Notes under the pieces: model-generated | Told to the model about the DNA's origin: nothing | The model's input: the letters and a program-made list of their open reading frames with translations, nothing else | Databases searched by the model: none | Part shown: one piece after another, positions 39,315 through 49,109 of the stretch | Layout: the number at the start of each line of letters is the position of its first letter | Numbering within the stretch: the first letter of the stretch is position 1 | From: Macrostomum hystrix | Taxonomy: Eukaryota; Animalia; Platyhelminthes | Reading direction: 5' to 3' | Length of the DNA: 64,000 bases | NCBI GenBank assembly: GCA_950097015.1 | Contig: CATNEN010000034.1 | Coordinates: 5,580,001-5,644,000 of the forward strand | Program-made: the position numbers and the translations under genes

Positions 39315-42300
39315 TGGAAGCGCGGAATGTTTGCGCCAACGGGCTTCCTTGTGCACCGGCGCACCTACCATCGTTAAGTGTTCATGTTAATAGTTTGGTC
39401 GTTACTGCTTTAGTAGATACTGGTTGTTCGCGGTCCATCGTTTCTTCACGAGTTACTGGAGTTAAAAAACGTCCCGTTCACGAGAGGGTCACGATGATGA
39501 ATGGTGACTCAGCAGAATGTGAATGGGAGGCTGACGTTACTTTGTCTGTTCGAGGCCACCAATTACCAGTGCTGCGATGTATCGTTATGGACATCCTTCC
39601 TGGGTTCGATTTGCTGCTTGGGATGGATGCTATCAGCCGATTGGGCGGTGTCTCTGTGAAGCGAGATTGCCGCAGTGTCCGCTTCGGTATTGAAGAGCAG
39701 TCATTAGCGCTGGAGACTGCTGCGGTAGCCAAGGCTTTCTCAAAACCAAAGGCGGAGTCACCTGTGAGCTGTCCGGCAGGAGAGGTCGAGTCACCTGTGA
39801 GCTGTCCGGCAGGAGAGGTCGAGTCACCTGTGAGCTGTCCGGCAGGAGAGGTCGAGTCACCTGTGAGCTGTCCGGCAGAAGAGGTCGAGTCACCTGTGAG
39901 CTGTCCGACAGGAGAGGTCGAGTCACCTGTGAGCTGTCCGGCAGGAGAGGTCGAGTCACCTGTGAGCTGTCCGGCAGGAGAGGTCGAGTCACCTGTGAGC
40001 TGTCCGGCAAGAGGAGCGAGGCTTGCGAAAAATACTTTAACCGAGGCGTGCCTGGTGCTTGAGGAAAAAGACTTCTCTGCTAAGTTTATCGATGGAGAGT
40101 GGACAGTGGCATGGAAGTGGCTGGATGAGGACCCACTACTGTCAAATACGATAGCTCAATACCGAGTCCCACCAGAGGCGGTAGGCGAGTATGAGTCAGA
40201 GATAAAAGACTGGATTCAGCGAGGTTGGCTGCTACCGTTCGAAGGTGACAGTGACGGCGTCATCCCTCTGATGGCAGTGGTGCAGACCAACAAAGCAAAG
40301 GTGCGGCCTGTACTCGACTATCGCGAGTTGAACCAGTACGTGTCAAGCCACACCGCCGAAAGCGTCGTGTGCGGCGCCAAGCTCCGGGCCTGGCGGCGGC
40401 TCGGTGAGAATGCGAGTATCATCGACCTGCGGAAGGCCTACCTACAACTGCGATTGGACCCCAGTCTCTGGCGCTACCAAGTAGTGAGGTTCAAAGGCCG
40501 CCGTTACTGTCTCACCCGGTTAGGATTCGGACTCAACGTGGCGCCAAAAATTATGACGGCGGTTGTGAACAAAGTCCTGTCGATGGAAGACGACGTGCGT
40601 GAGGCCACGGACTCTTACATTGACGACATTATTGTGAACAATAGCAAGATTCCGAATGAACGCGTAACTGGGTTGCTTGCCCGGTTCGGGCTAGAAGCCA
40701 AGCCTCCTGAGAGCCTCATTGGGGGCCGCGTGCTCGGCCTCCGCGTCTACCGTCGAGAGGATGGGGTCATTTGCTGGAAACGAGACAATGTCCTCTCTCA
40801 GTTGAAAGGTCCAGCAACACGACGGCAACTATTCTCCTGGTGCGGCCAGCTAGTAGGCCATTTCCCCGTCGCCGCATGGCTGCGTGTCGCATGCAGCTAC
40901 TTGAAGCGGGTCACCAGCACAATCGCGTGGGACGCTATCGTCAGCGAGTCTGCCATGCGGATCGCCCAAGAAATCAGCGAAATGGTCCAGGAACGAGATC
41001 CTGTCGCTGGGGTGTGGACCGTTGACGAGACTTCGCGCTGTCGCGTCTGGTGCGACGCCAGCAGCATCGCCATTGGAGCCGTCATCGAATTTGGTGGCGT
41101 AATCGTGGAGGACGCCTCGTGGTTGCGAAAACAAGACGACGCTGCGCACATCAATCTTGCCGAACTTGAGGCGGTCCTCAAGGGTATCAACCTTGCCCTC
41201 GCTTGGGGTACGAGGAAAGTTGAAGTGTTGACTGATTCTGCAACCGTGCACGGCTGGCTCCAGTCTTTGATTGTCGGCGATAAGCCCGTGCGAGTCAAAG
41301 GTCTCGGTGAAGCTCTGGTTCGGAAACGGCTATCATTAATCCGAGACACGGCGTCGGAGTGCGAGCTCGAGCTACTGACATCGCTGGTGCCATCTTCAGC
41401 AAACAAGGCAGACGCACTGACGCGAGTACCGCAACAGTGGCTGCGCCAGCGGCCCTTCTGTGCAGTGGCGCTGCGCCCCGTTGACATGGATCTCCGTGCG
41501 TGCCACGAGAAGCACCACTTCGGGGTGGACAGGACGCTCTACCTGGCCAAACTGTGCTTCCCTGAACGTGAGGTACTGCGTGAAGAGGGTGAGCGCATCG
41601 TTGCAAACTGCATCCGATGCAAGTCCGTAGACCCTGCGCCGATGGTTTGGGACCATGGCAGACTCGAGGTGGATGCAAACTGGTGGCGCTTGGCCTGCGA
41701 CGTGACCCACTTTAAGGACGACCGCTATCTGTCCATTGTTGACTGCGGGCCGAGCAGATTCTCGCTGTGGCGAAAACTCACCGACGAGCGGACAGCGTCA
41801 ATTACCGGGATACTCGTGCAGGTGTTCCGAGAGCGGGGCCCTCCCTGGCAGCTGCTTCTGGACAATTCACCGACCTTCCGCTCCGCTGAGGTCCGTGCGT
41901 TTTGTGAGGCTTGGGGAGTGCAGCTCCTCTTCCGTTGCGCTCAACGGCCGTCAGGCAACGGAATAGTCGAGCGCAATCATCGGACGATTAAGCGGATGGC
42001 AGCCAGAACCGGAAAGGACGTACTGGAAATGGTGTTCTGGTACAACATGGCTCCAAAGGATGGCACTCGCAAGGACAGCGTGCCCAGCAGAATGGTCAGC
42101 ACCTATGACTGGAAGCCGCCAACTGTGTCTCTCCCTGAGGCCTTGGAGACCTTGGAGGCAAACCCCACCCTGCCAGTGGGAACAGAAGTGTTTGTTAAAC
42201 CGCCGGCCGTCAGATGCACCGACGAGTGGCCTAGGGGACGCGTGACGGGCCAGGGACAAGGGTCTACGGTGGAGGTCGATGGCCTTCCCCGTCACGTAGC

Positions 42301-42424
42301 TGACGTCCGCCCGGCACCAGACACGCAACCGCAGCCTCCTGGGGTGGAGCGAGCTGTCGAGCGGGATGCCGAACCACGACGGTCTAATAGGGTGAAGTCG
42401 GCGCCGGTCCGTTACGAACCTTGA
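39299..42424 (+). CDS. pol: Pol polyprotein: aspartic protease, 11-aa repeat linker, reverse transcriptase, RNase H, integrase
   Basis: LVDTGCS (PR), YIDDII (RT), WCDAS...AELEAV...TDS (RNase H), H-x3-H...C-x2-C, LACDV, LLDNSPTF, NGIVER (integrase); uninterrupted ORF. Confidence 0.95.
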   Translation, partial: SKKRVMEARNVCANGLPCAPAHLPSLSVHVNSLVVTALVDTGCSRSIVSSRVTGVKKRPVHERVTMMNGDSAECEWEADVTLSVRGHQLPVLRCIVMDILPGFDLLLGMDAISRLGGVSVKRDCRSVRFGIEEQSLALETAAVAKAFSKPKAESPVSCPAGEVESPVSCPAGEVESPVSCPAGEVESPVSCPAEEVESPVSCPTGEVESPVSCPAGEVESPVSCPAGEVESPVSCPARGARLAKNTLTEACLVLEEKDFSAKFIDGEWTVAWKWLDEDPLLSNTIAQYRVPPEAVGEYESEIKDWIQRGWLLPFEGDSDGVIPLMAVVQTNKAKVRPVLDYRELNQYVSSHTAESVVCGAKLRAWRRLGENASIIDLRKAYLQLRLDPSLWRYQVVRFKGRRYCLTRLGFGLNVAPKIMTAVVNKVLSMEDDVREATDSYIDDIIVNNSKIPNERVTGLLARFGLEAKPPESLIGGRVLGLRVYRREDGVICWKRDNVLSQLKGPATRRQLFSWCGQLVGHFPVAAWLRVACSYLKRVTSTIAWDAIVSESAMRIAQEISEMVQERDPVAGVWTVDETSRCRVWCDASSIAIGAVIEFGGVIVEDASWLRKQDDAAHINLAELEAVLKGINLALAWGTRKVEVLTDSATVHGWLQSLIVGDKPVRVKGLGEALVRKRLSLIRDTASECELELLTSLVPSSANKADALTRVPQQWLRQRPFCAVALRPVDMDLRACHEKHHFGVDRTLYLAKLCFPEREVLREEGERIVANCIRCKSVDPAPMVWDHGRLEVDANWWRLACDVTHFKDDRYLSIVDCGPSRFSLWRKLTDERTASITGILVQVFRERGPPWQLLLDNSPTFRSAEVRAFCEAWGVQLLFRCAQRPSGNGIVERNHRTIKRMAARTGKDVLEMVFWYNMAPKDGTRKDSVPSRMVSTYDWKPPTVSLPEALETLEANPTLPVGTEVFVKPPAVRCTDEWPRGRVTGQGQGSTVEVDGLPRHVADVRPAPDTQPQPPGVERAVERDAEPRRSNRVKSAPVRYEP
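39302..39365 (+). promoter_or_regulatory. -1 programmed ribosomal frameshift signal (A AAA AAC plus downstream stem/pseudoknot)
   Basis: Gag codons CAA AAA AAC GAG TGA; pol is in the -1 frame. After a 7-nt spacer GGAAGC pairs with GCTTCC, and TGCGCC can pair with GGCGCA. Confidence 0.75.
39755..40009 (+). repeat. 33-bp in-frame tandem repeat (ESPVSCPAGEV x ~8) inside pol
   Basis: GAGTCACCTGTGAGCTGTCCGGCAGGAGAGGTC, 7 full units plus 1 partial unit. Confidence 0.95.
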
Positions 42425-42453
42425 TCTCTTGTGATCCGGAGATCAGGGGGTGA

Positions 42454-42638
42454 TGTGTTGTACTTTTATGTGTTGTACTTTCATTATATAGAAACTAGTA
42501 TTTGACCGTTGCAGCTAAATATCCCATAGACAATTCGTTCTACCTGTTTGTTTGCGAGGACCGCGTTAAGAGTGTTTGCGGCTCTAGCTTTCGTGCTAAC
42601 CCCGGGCTTTGCTATCTACACAAATACATTAGACCACA
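42454..42638 (+). repeat. 3' LTR (185 bp)
   Basis: Matches 38394-38580; followed by TSD GTACT and resumption of the satellite in register. Confidence 0.95.
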
Positions 42639-44069
42639 GTACTCCTGTGTGATTCAGTTGTGTACTCCTGTGTGATTCAGTTGTGTACTCCTGTGTGATT
42701 CAGTTGTCTGCACCTCTGTAATTCAGTTGTGTACTCCTGTGTGATTCAGTTGTGTACTCCTGTGTGATTCAGTTGTGTACTCCTGTGTGATTCAGTTGTG
42801 TACTCCTGTGTGATTCAGTTGTGTACTCCTGTGTGATTCAGTTGTGTACTCCTGTGTGATTCAGTTGTGTACTCCTGTGTGATTCAGTTGTGTACTCCTG
42901 TGTGATTCAGTTGTCTGCACCTCTGTAATTCAGTTGTGTACTCCTGTGTGATTCAGTTGTGTACTCCTGTGTGATTCAGTTGTGTACTCCTATGTGATTC
43001 AGTTGTGTACTCCTGTGTGATTCAGTTGTGTACTCCTGTGTGATTAAGTTGTGTACTCCTGTGTGATTAAGTTGTGTACTCCTGTGTGATTCAGTTGTGT
43101 ACTCCTGTGTGATTAAGTTGTGTACTCCTGTGTGATTCAGTTGTGTACTCCTGTGTGATTCAGTTGTGTACTCCTGTGTGATTCAGTTGTGTACTCCTGT
43201 GTGATTCAGTTGTCTACTCCTGTGTGATTCAGTTGTGTACTCCTGTGTGATTCAGTTGTGTACTCCTGTGTGATTCAGTTGTGTACTCCTGTGTGATTCA
43301 GTTGTGTACTCCTGTGTGATTCAGTTGTGTACTCCTGTGTGATTCAGTTGTGTACTCCTGTGTGATTCAGTTGACTACTCCTGTGTGATTCAGTTGTGTA
43401 CTCCTGTGTGATTCAGTTGTGTACTCCTGTGTGATTAAGTTATCTACTCCTGTGTGATTCAGTTGTGTACTCCTGTGTGATTCAGTTGTATACTCCTGTG
43501 TGATTCAGTTGTGTACTCCTGTGTGATTCAGTTGTGTACTCCTGTGTGATTCAGTTGTGTACTCCTGTGTGATTAAGTTATCTACTCCTGTGTGATTCAG
43601 TTGTGTACTCCTGTGTGATTCAGTTGTGTACTCCTGTGTGATTCAGTTGTCTGCACCTCTGTAATTCAGTTGTGTACTCCTGTGTGATTCAGTTGTGTAC
43701 TCCTGTGTGATTCAGTTGTGTACTCCTGTGTGATTCAGTTGTGCACTCCTGTGTGATTCAGTTGTGTACTCCTGTGTGATTCAGTTGTCTGCACCTCTGT
43801 AATTCAGTTGTGTACTCCTGTGTGATTCAGTTGTGCACTCCTGTGTGATTCAGTTGTGCACTCCTGTGTGATTCAGTTGTGTACTCCTGTGTGATTAAGT
43901 TGTGTACTCCTGTGTGATTCAGTTGTGTACTCCTGTGTGATTAAGTTGTGTACTCCTGTGTGATTCAGTTGTGCACTCCTGTGTGATTCAGTTGTGTACT
44001 CCTGTGTGATTCAGTTGTGCACTCCTGTGTGATTCAGTTGTCTTCTCCTGTGTGATTCAGTTGTGTACT
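42639..44069. repeat. 23-bp satellite, right arm (~62 units)
   Basis: Same consensus and variant units as the left arm. Confidence 0.95.
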
Positions 44070-44874
44070 TTTATGTTGTCTGCTTACCATTTTTCAGAGC
44101 CATTTTACTTACGTGGCTGAATGCTCTGATAAATATCATTTATCAGATCCTAACACGTCAGTGTTAGGTTATCGAATAGAGATTAGTGTGAAATATTTTA
44201 AGGCTCAGCTGGTCAAAATGCCTGAAATTTTAGTTGTTTATCGAAGGCCACCAGATAAATAAATAAAGAACAATTACTACTTAAAGTAGTATACAAAGCA
44301 GATGTGCTTTGAATTGTGCAGAATTATAGCTAATTGCTAATTATTGTCTATTAGACTGATCATATGGTACGACATCGTGGCACAAAATAGACAATTAGTT
44401 ATGTTCTCGTAACTTTACCAAAGCCAGAGTCAGATCAAGCGTCCTATTTTTAGTGTAATAAACCAATATAGAGAAGCGGAATGTCCTTAAGATCAGTTAG
44501 GAAATTGTGATTTAAAACTTGGGCGGACAGGCAGCGCAAAATATAAAAGTGTTTAACTTTTAAACTAAATGCAAGAGGCGGGGAGCTTTCAGCAAGAAGT
44601 CTATTGTTATATAGCAGTGGGCGAATAAAGTTCAATGATTTGAAAAAAGCTATAGTGCTGCGAACGGAAAGTACACGTATTTAACGTGAAAAAGTCATTT
44701 ACAAAACAAGACTTTTGCAGCAAGGTTAAAACAAATTAGCGAACAAGAAGAGGACTGTTCTTATATAGCAGCATGCATGCGACAAGTTTTTGTGGGTGTT
44801 ATAACAAGCTTGGAATTAAGCAGCTGTAGGCTACACGGCTGGTGCACCTAATTACATCGTCCGTATTTATATAT

Positions 44875-45293
44875 CAGGGGTAGGCAAACTTATTTGCTGG
44901 CGGGCCAAAGAGAGAACCTATAAGACGGCAGCGGGCCGCATTGAATGTATAAATATGAGATAGGAGAGAGATGAGACACGGGAGAGATGAGACACGGGAG
45001 AGATTAGACACGGGAGAGATAAGACAGGGGAGAGATTAGACACGGGAGAGATGAGACACAGGAGAGATTAGACACGGGAGAGATTAGACATGGGAGAGAT
45101 TAGACACGGGAGAGATAAGACACGGAAGAGATTAGACACGAGAGCGATGAGACACGGGAGAGATTAGACACGAGAGAGATTAGACACGAGAGAGATGAAA
45201 CAGGACACTGTAGATGTCAGAAGGGGCAACGGGCCGGATTTGGGAGCTTCGAGGGCCGCATCTGGCCCGCGGGCCGGAGTTTGCCGACCCCTG
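44875..45293. mobile_element. hAT-type MITE (419 bp) with 8-bp TSD TTATATAT and an internal 16-bp minisatellite
   Basis: TIRs CAGGGGTAGGCAAACT / AGTTTGCCGACCCCTG; TSD at 44867-44874 and 45294-45301; GGGAGAGATTAGACAC x ~14-15 at ~44965-45205. Confidence 0.9.
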
Positions 45294-46009
45294 TTATATA
45301 TGGTAAAAAATTATAAACATGCTTTGCCGAGATGCTCATTATTACGGCACAAATTGTTTTTTGACTATACGGTCATAAACTAGGATTTTAGCCGAAATTA
45401 AAATGGCTTTGGAAATTAGGCGACGCACTCATTTTGTTGGTACATTTGTATAAGGTCTGTCGATATTCGAAACAACTTCGCGCATATCGAAACTTAAACT
45501 TTGTTCTAAGTGTTAACTTGTTTCAGTTGAGAAATCGGCTCCGTTATTAGCAAAAACTCGTTAGTTTTCTTCGCTTACCAATTTGCGAGCTTTCAGGTTT
45601 AAATAAGGGACTAGTCAGGGAATATGCTAAAGAGTGTAGATAGCAAGTGATAAGAGGGTTAACAAAGCATATAGGAAATTTGTAGCTTTGAGAAATAATA
45701 TCAGCAATCAAACAAAGTATAGTTATAGTTTAGATTAGTTGGAGATTTCACGAAATTAAATTCGGAAACTAAATCTTTCGGAAATGAAAGATACGTAAAG
45801 TATTGATTAGAAAGCTATTCCATGGCTGACAGGTCTCGGTCGGTTGCGGTCTATGTGTTCCATCAAGTTCTACCCTGGATATGGTCAACCAGTCCAAGTA
45901 TTTTTGGATGCCTTGACCTATAGTCTAAATTCAGTTAGACTATCTGTGTCTGTGCAAGGCTGCATGAATTTGTAATGACTACGAGTACGAGTAGTGCTTA
46001 AGAATAGCA

Positions 46010-46479
46010 TCAGGCTAAGTATTCTTTGCGCTGCGAACCGGTTTCGCAGTTCCACACTGATTGTAGCGGCGGTGTTGGCTCTGAGTTCAGCGGAGCTGCT
46101 GTCCCGCTAACCGGTCGGTAGATTGGCTGGTTGCCGCGCCGGTTGACGAGCGGGTTGCCGCTCTGCTCGCGTCTCTCGCGCTCCTTATTATCCTGGCGCC
46201 GACGATGACGCCTAACCAGGAAAAATATAACAATGCAAAGCACAACAATAGCGATAATCACCACCAGGGGTATGACCACAACAATTTTTAGATCCGCTGC
46301 GCCCAAGGAAATCCGGCGTATCGCATATGTCATTCTTCCAGCCAGGTAGGCACTGGCAGAATAGCTTGCCGTGTGGCATCCTTCTGCAGTAGCCGCCCTC
46401 CTGGCAGTAGCTGTGCAGCTGGAGTCGCAAGCCTCTCACGCTCATCCACTGTGCAGTTAGTTACTCCGTAGTCGGACAT
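46010..46479 (-). pseudogene. EGF-TM microprotein paralogue 5, split over three frames (two frameshifts; pseudogene or assembly errors)
   Basis: Frame 1 MSDYGVTNCTVDERER; frame 2 LRLQLHSYCQEGGYCRRMPHGKLFCQCLPGWKNDICDTPDF; frame 3 SLGAADLKIVVVIPLVVIIAIVVLCIVIFFLVRRHRRR...EYLA*. Confidence 0.7.
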
Positions 46480-47715
46480 TGATTTACTTGTGTGATGCGA
46501 ATGCGATACTGCAAGCTGTCTTCTAGGCAGCAGCTGGTTTATTCTGGCCGCTTAGCCTCTATGGATTCGCCTTGCTCTAGCTAATACTAATAGATCTGAA
46601 GCGTATGAGCCTTTCGTTGTATACTGTTTCTCGCTTTGTAAGGCAATGAAGACTGCCGGTCTTTTCTTGAGTAAAAAAAGCAGAATGAGGTGGTAATTTC
46701 AGGAGGGTCTTCTCAATTTGAGAAAATGAGCGTCACAATGGCTTCGTCGATAAAAAGGCCTGCATTGTGCGCACAGGTTAACTATTGTACAGTCGCCAGT
46801 GTTCATGGGCATGGCATGTTCTCTGTCTCTGCCAACCCAACCTCCCCTATAGCTTTCAAGGGACATTGCGACAGCGAGGAAAGGAACGGAAAACGCGCCC
46901 ACCCACCAACAAGCCCACCCCACACCTCAGCCTACACGTTGGATTGAACTCTACCCGTGCCCGGTTGAAATTCGTCTCCAATGTTTAGAGGCGAGACGAG
47001 ACAAGCAGCATTCATTGCCAAATAGAAGATAGTGGGTGGGCATTGTATGTTCTTATGCTCGTTTATGTGGTATTTTTGGGTCTGGTGAGGGAAATGCCTT
47101 TTTGCTGACTCACTTTTAAAATAAATCCATACAGGGCACTCAAAGGACAATGGCAATTATATATCCCTATACTAAAATTCAAAACTATCTATATCTATAT
47201 ATATTTATTTATTTACTATAAGTTAGCAAACACTAAAATAATATTATATATACATATTTGAATTGCATAATTAACCAATGTTGCAGTTACGAATATCCCT
47301 GCGTACTATAGTATGCTTTCTTTGGCATTTAACATGCCAGATTTTTCTCATTATTTTGTAACACAATTATTACATAATGTAGGTGAAACTTTAAAGCCGC
47401 AGAAAAATATAGTGCAAACGGGAAAATATGCAAGATAACTTAGTATCTGGCAAAGATCGTATACTCCTTATGTATATACTAGCTTTTTTTGCCCGTTGTT
47501 TTTGGGGCAGAAATTTAAAGCAAAGCAGTAAGCAATTCACGTCTCTGTATTAACTTTATAGTGAAGGTCACCATTTATTTATTTACTGCATTAATGAAAA
47601 GTGAAGAGTTTGTTTAAGGGCGTTTTAAGTAAAAAATAAGTGAAAAGTTTGTCCAAAAAGCCCCCTCTTGATTACTTCTTTAGAAACATGTCTCTTAGCC
47701 ACTCCTCTATACAGT

Positions 47716-47990
47716 CAGTGGCAGATCCAGGAATTTTGTTTTGGGGCGGTCTGTCAGGGGAGCGCCATGAGAATCACAGAGGGGGTGCCAGCGGCCGAAA
47801 AAGGGCGCCAGGAGCCAAGAAAGGGCGCCAGCGGCTGAAAAACGGGAGCCAGCGGCTGAAAAAGGGGCGCCAGCGGCCGAAAAGGGGCGCCAGTGCTGCG
47901 ACTGGCGCCCCTGGTGGGGGCATCTTATTCCCATGATTAAAATTTAGGGGGGCGACTGCCCCCCCGCCCCCCCCCCTAAATCTGCCTCTG
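47716..47990. mobile_element. hAT-type MITE nested in the Helitron 3' arm (other copies 52344-52617, 54252-54523, 56312-56583, 60752-61026)
   Basis: Imperfect TIR CAGTGGCAGATCCAGG / CCTAAATCTGCCTCTG; 8-bp TSD TATACAGT at 47708-47715 and 47991-47998; internal ~21-bp GGCGCCAGCGGCTGAAAA repeats. Confidence 0.8.
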
Positions 47991-48142
47991 TATACAGTAT
48001 GCATGTACACGCGTATACATAAGGAAAATAGCCATGGCATAACAATAACAATGTCAAAGAAACAAAATTAAACTGTTTCAGAGTTCAGAGTTAGACAGGT
48101 CAAGGTCAATTCGTGACTACTTTTCTATTAATTGCTTGCGAG

Positions 48143-49109
48143 TCACCTCAAGGCCTGGGGATACACCACATTCTTCGTTCTTCCCCTTGGTGCGAAAATG
48201 AATAGGCCAGCTGGAGTTCCAACACGGGAGCAGGCGACATAAAGCTGCCCATGCGAGAAGCAAGGAGTCTCCAGGTTGATGCCAGCCACCTTCAGCGACT
48301 GTCCCTGAGCCTTGTTAATAGTCATCGCAAAGCACACTCTCACAGGGAACTGCAGTCGCTTGAACTGAAATGGCAGGTCCGTGGGGATAATTGGAATCTG
48401 GGGAACGAACACAGACTCTCCTCTGCCAGATCCAGTCATTATCGTGGCCTCAATCACGTGTGGGAAGAGCCGCCTGACTATCAGTCTGGTGCCGTTACAC
48501 AGCCTTGGCGCATTCAGGTTGCGGAGGAGCATAATTGGTGCCCCAACTTTCAGCTGCAAGTTGTGCGATGGAGTTCCAGGAGGATCTAGAGAGTTCAGAA
48601 ACTCAACAGGATACTCCACAGCGGTGTCATCAGTCAACGTTGTATCAATTGACTTGTAGGTGAAAACTGCACCTGGCAACTCCTGAAGCAGTTGGTAGTT
48701 AATTTCGTTGGCGGCATCATTTCTAGGACACAGAATTGCCCTCTCTGACAGCCAGTCAACGTCAGCATATCGAACCATCAGGTTCGGGTAAACTTTTGCC
48801 TTGAGCTCCTGCACTGACTGCACAATGGTTCCGATTGTAGCGATCGATGACTGCCCATCCTCGGTGCTAATCTCCAGCAGACCATTGCCGATTCGCAATA
48901 GATTGGCAGAGAACTCATGAGCTGTTTCGTCTCCTTGAATTGTAGCTCTCATGTTTGTTCGTACAGGTGCAACTTCACAACCGATGGCCACAGGTGAGAT
49001 GATTTTAGGCAAGCATTAATCTCATCAGCAGGAGTGCCACGAGGAATCACAGGCAGCGTCTGTCTAAAGTCTCCAGACAGCAGCAGAGTGACACCACCCA
49101 TCAGTTGAT
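48143..49109 (-). pseudogene. Helitron RepHel C-terminal PIF1 helicase fragment (unit 1, longest)
   Basis: LLLSGDFRQTLPV...ERAILCPRN...LKVGAPIMLLRNL...CNGTRL...RLQFPV...AMTINKAQGQSL...FSHGQLYVACSRV...VVYPQALR*; 2-bp insertion near 48960. Confidence 0.9.

Larger units (their letters stand above)
38394..42638 (+). mobile_element. Full-length Ty3/Gypsy LTR retrotransposon (4,245 bp), recent, with 5-bp TSD GTACT
   Basis: TG...CA LTRs at 38394-38580 and 42454-42638; TSD GTACT at 38389-38393 and 42639-42643; gag then pol in PR-RT-RH-INT order; purine tract AGGGGG just before the 3' LTR. Confidence 0.97.

Noticed and set aside
36984-44069. 23-bp repeats as a CRISPR array
   Set aside because: Units are contiguous with no unique spacers, there are no cas genes, and the context is eukaryotic (spliceosomal introns, SINEs).
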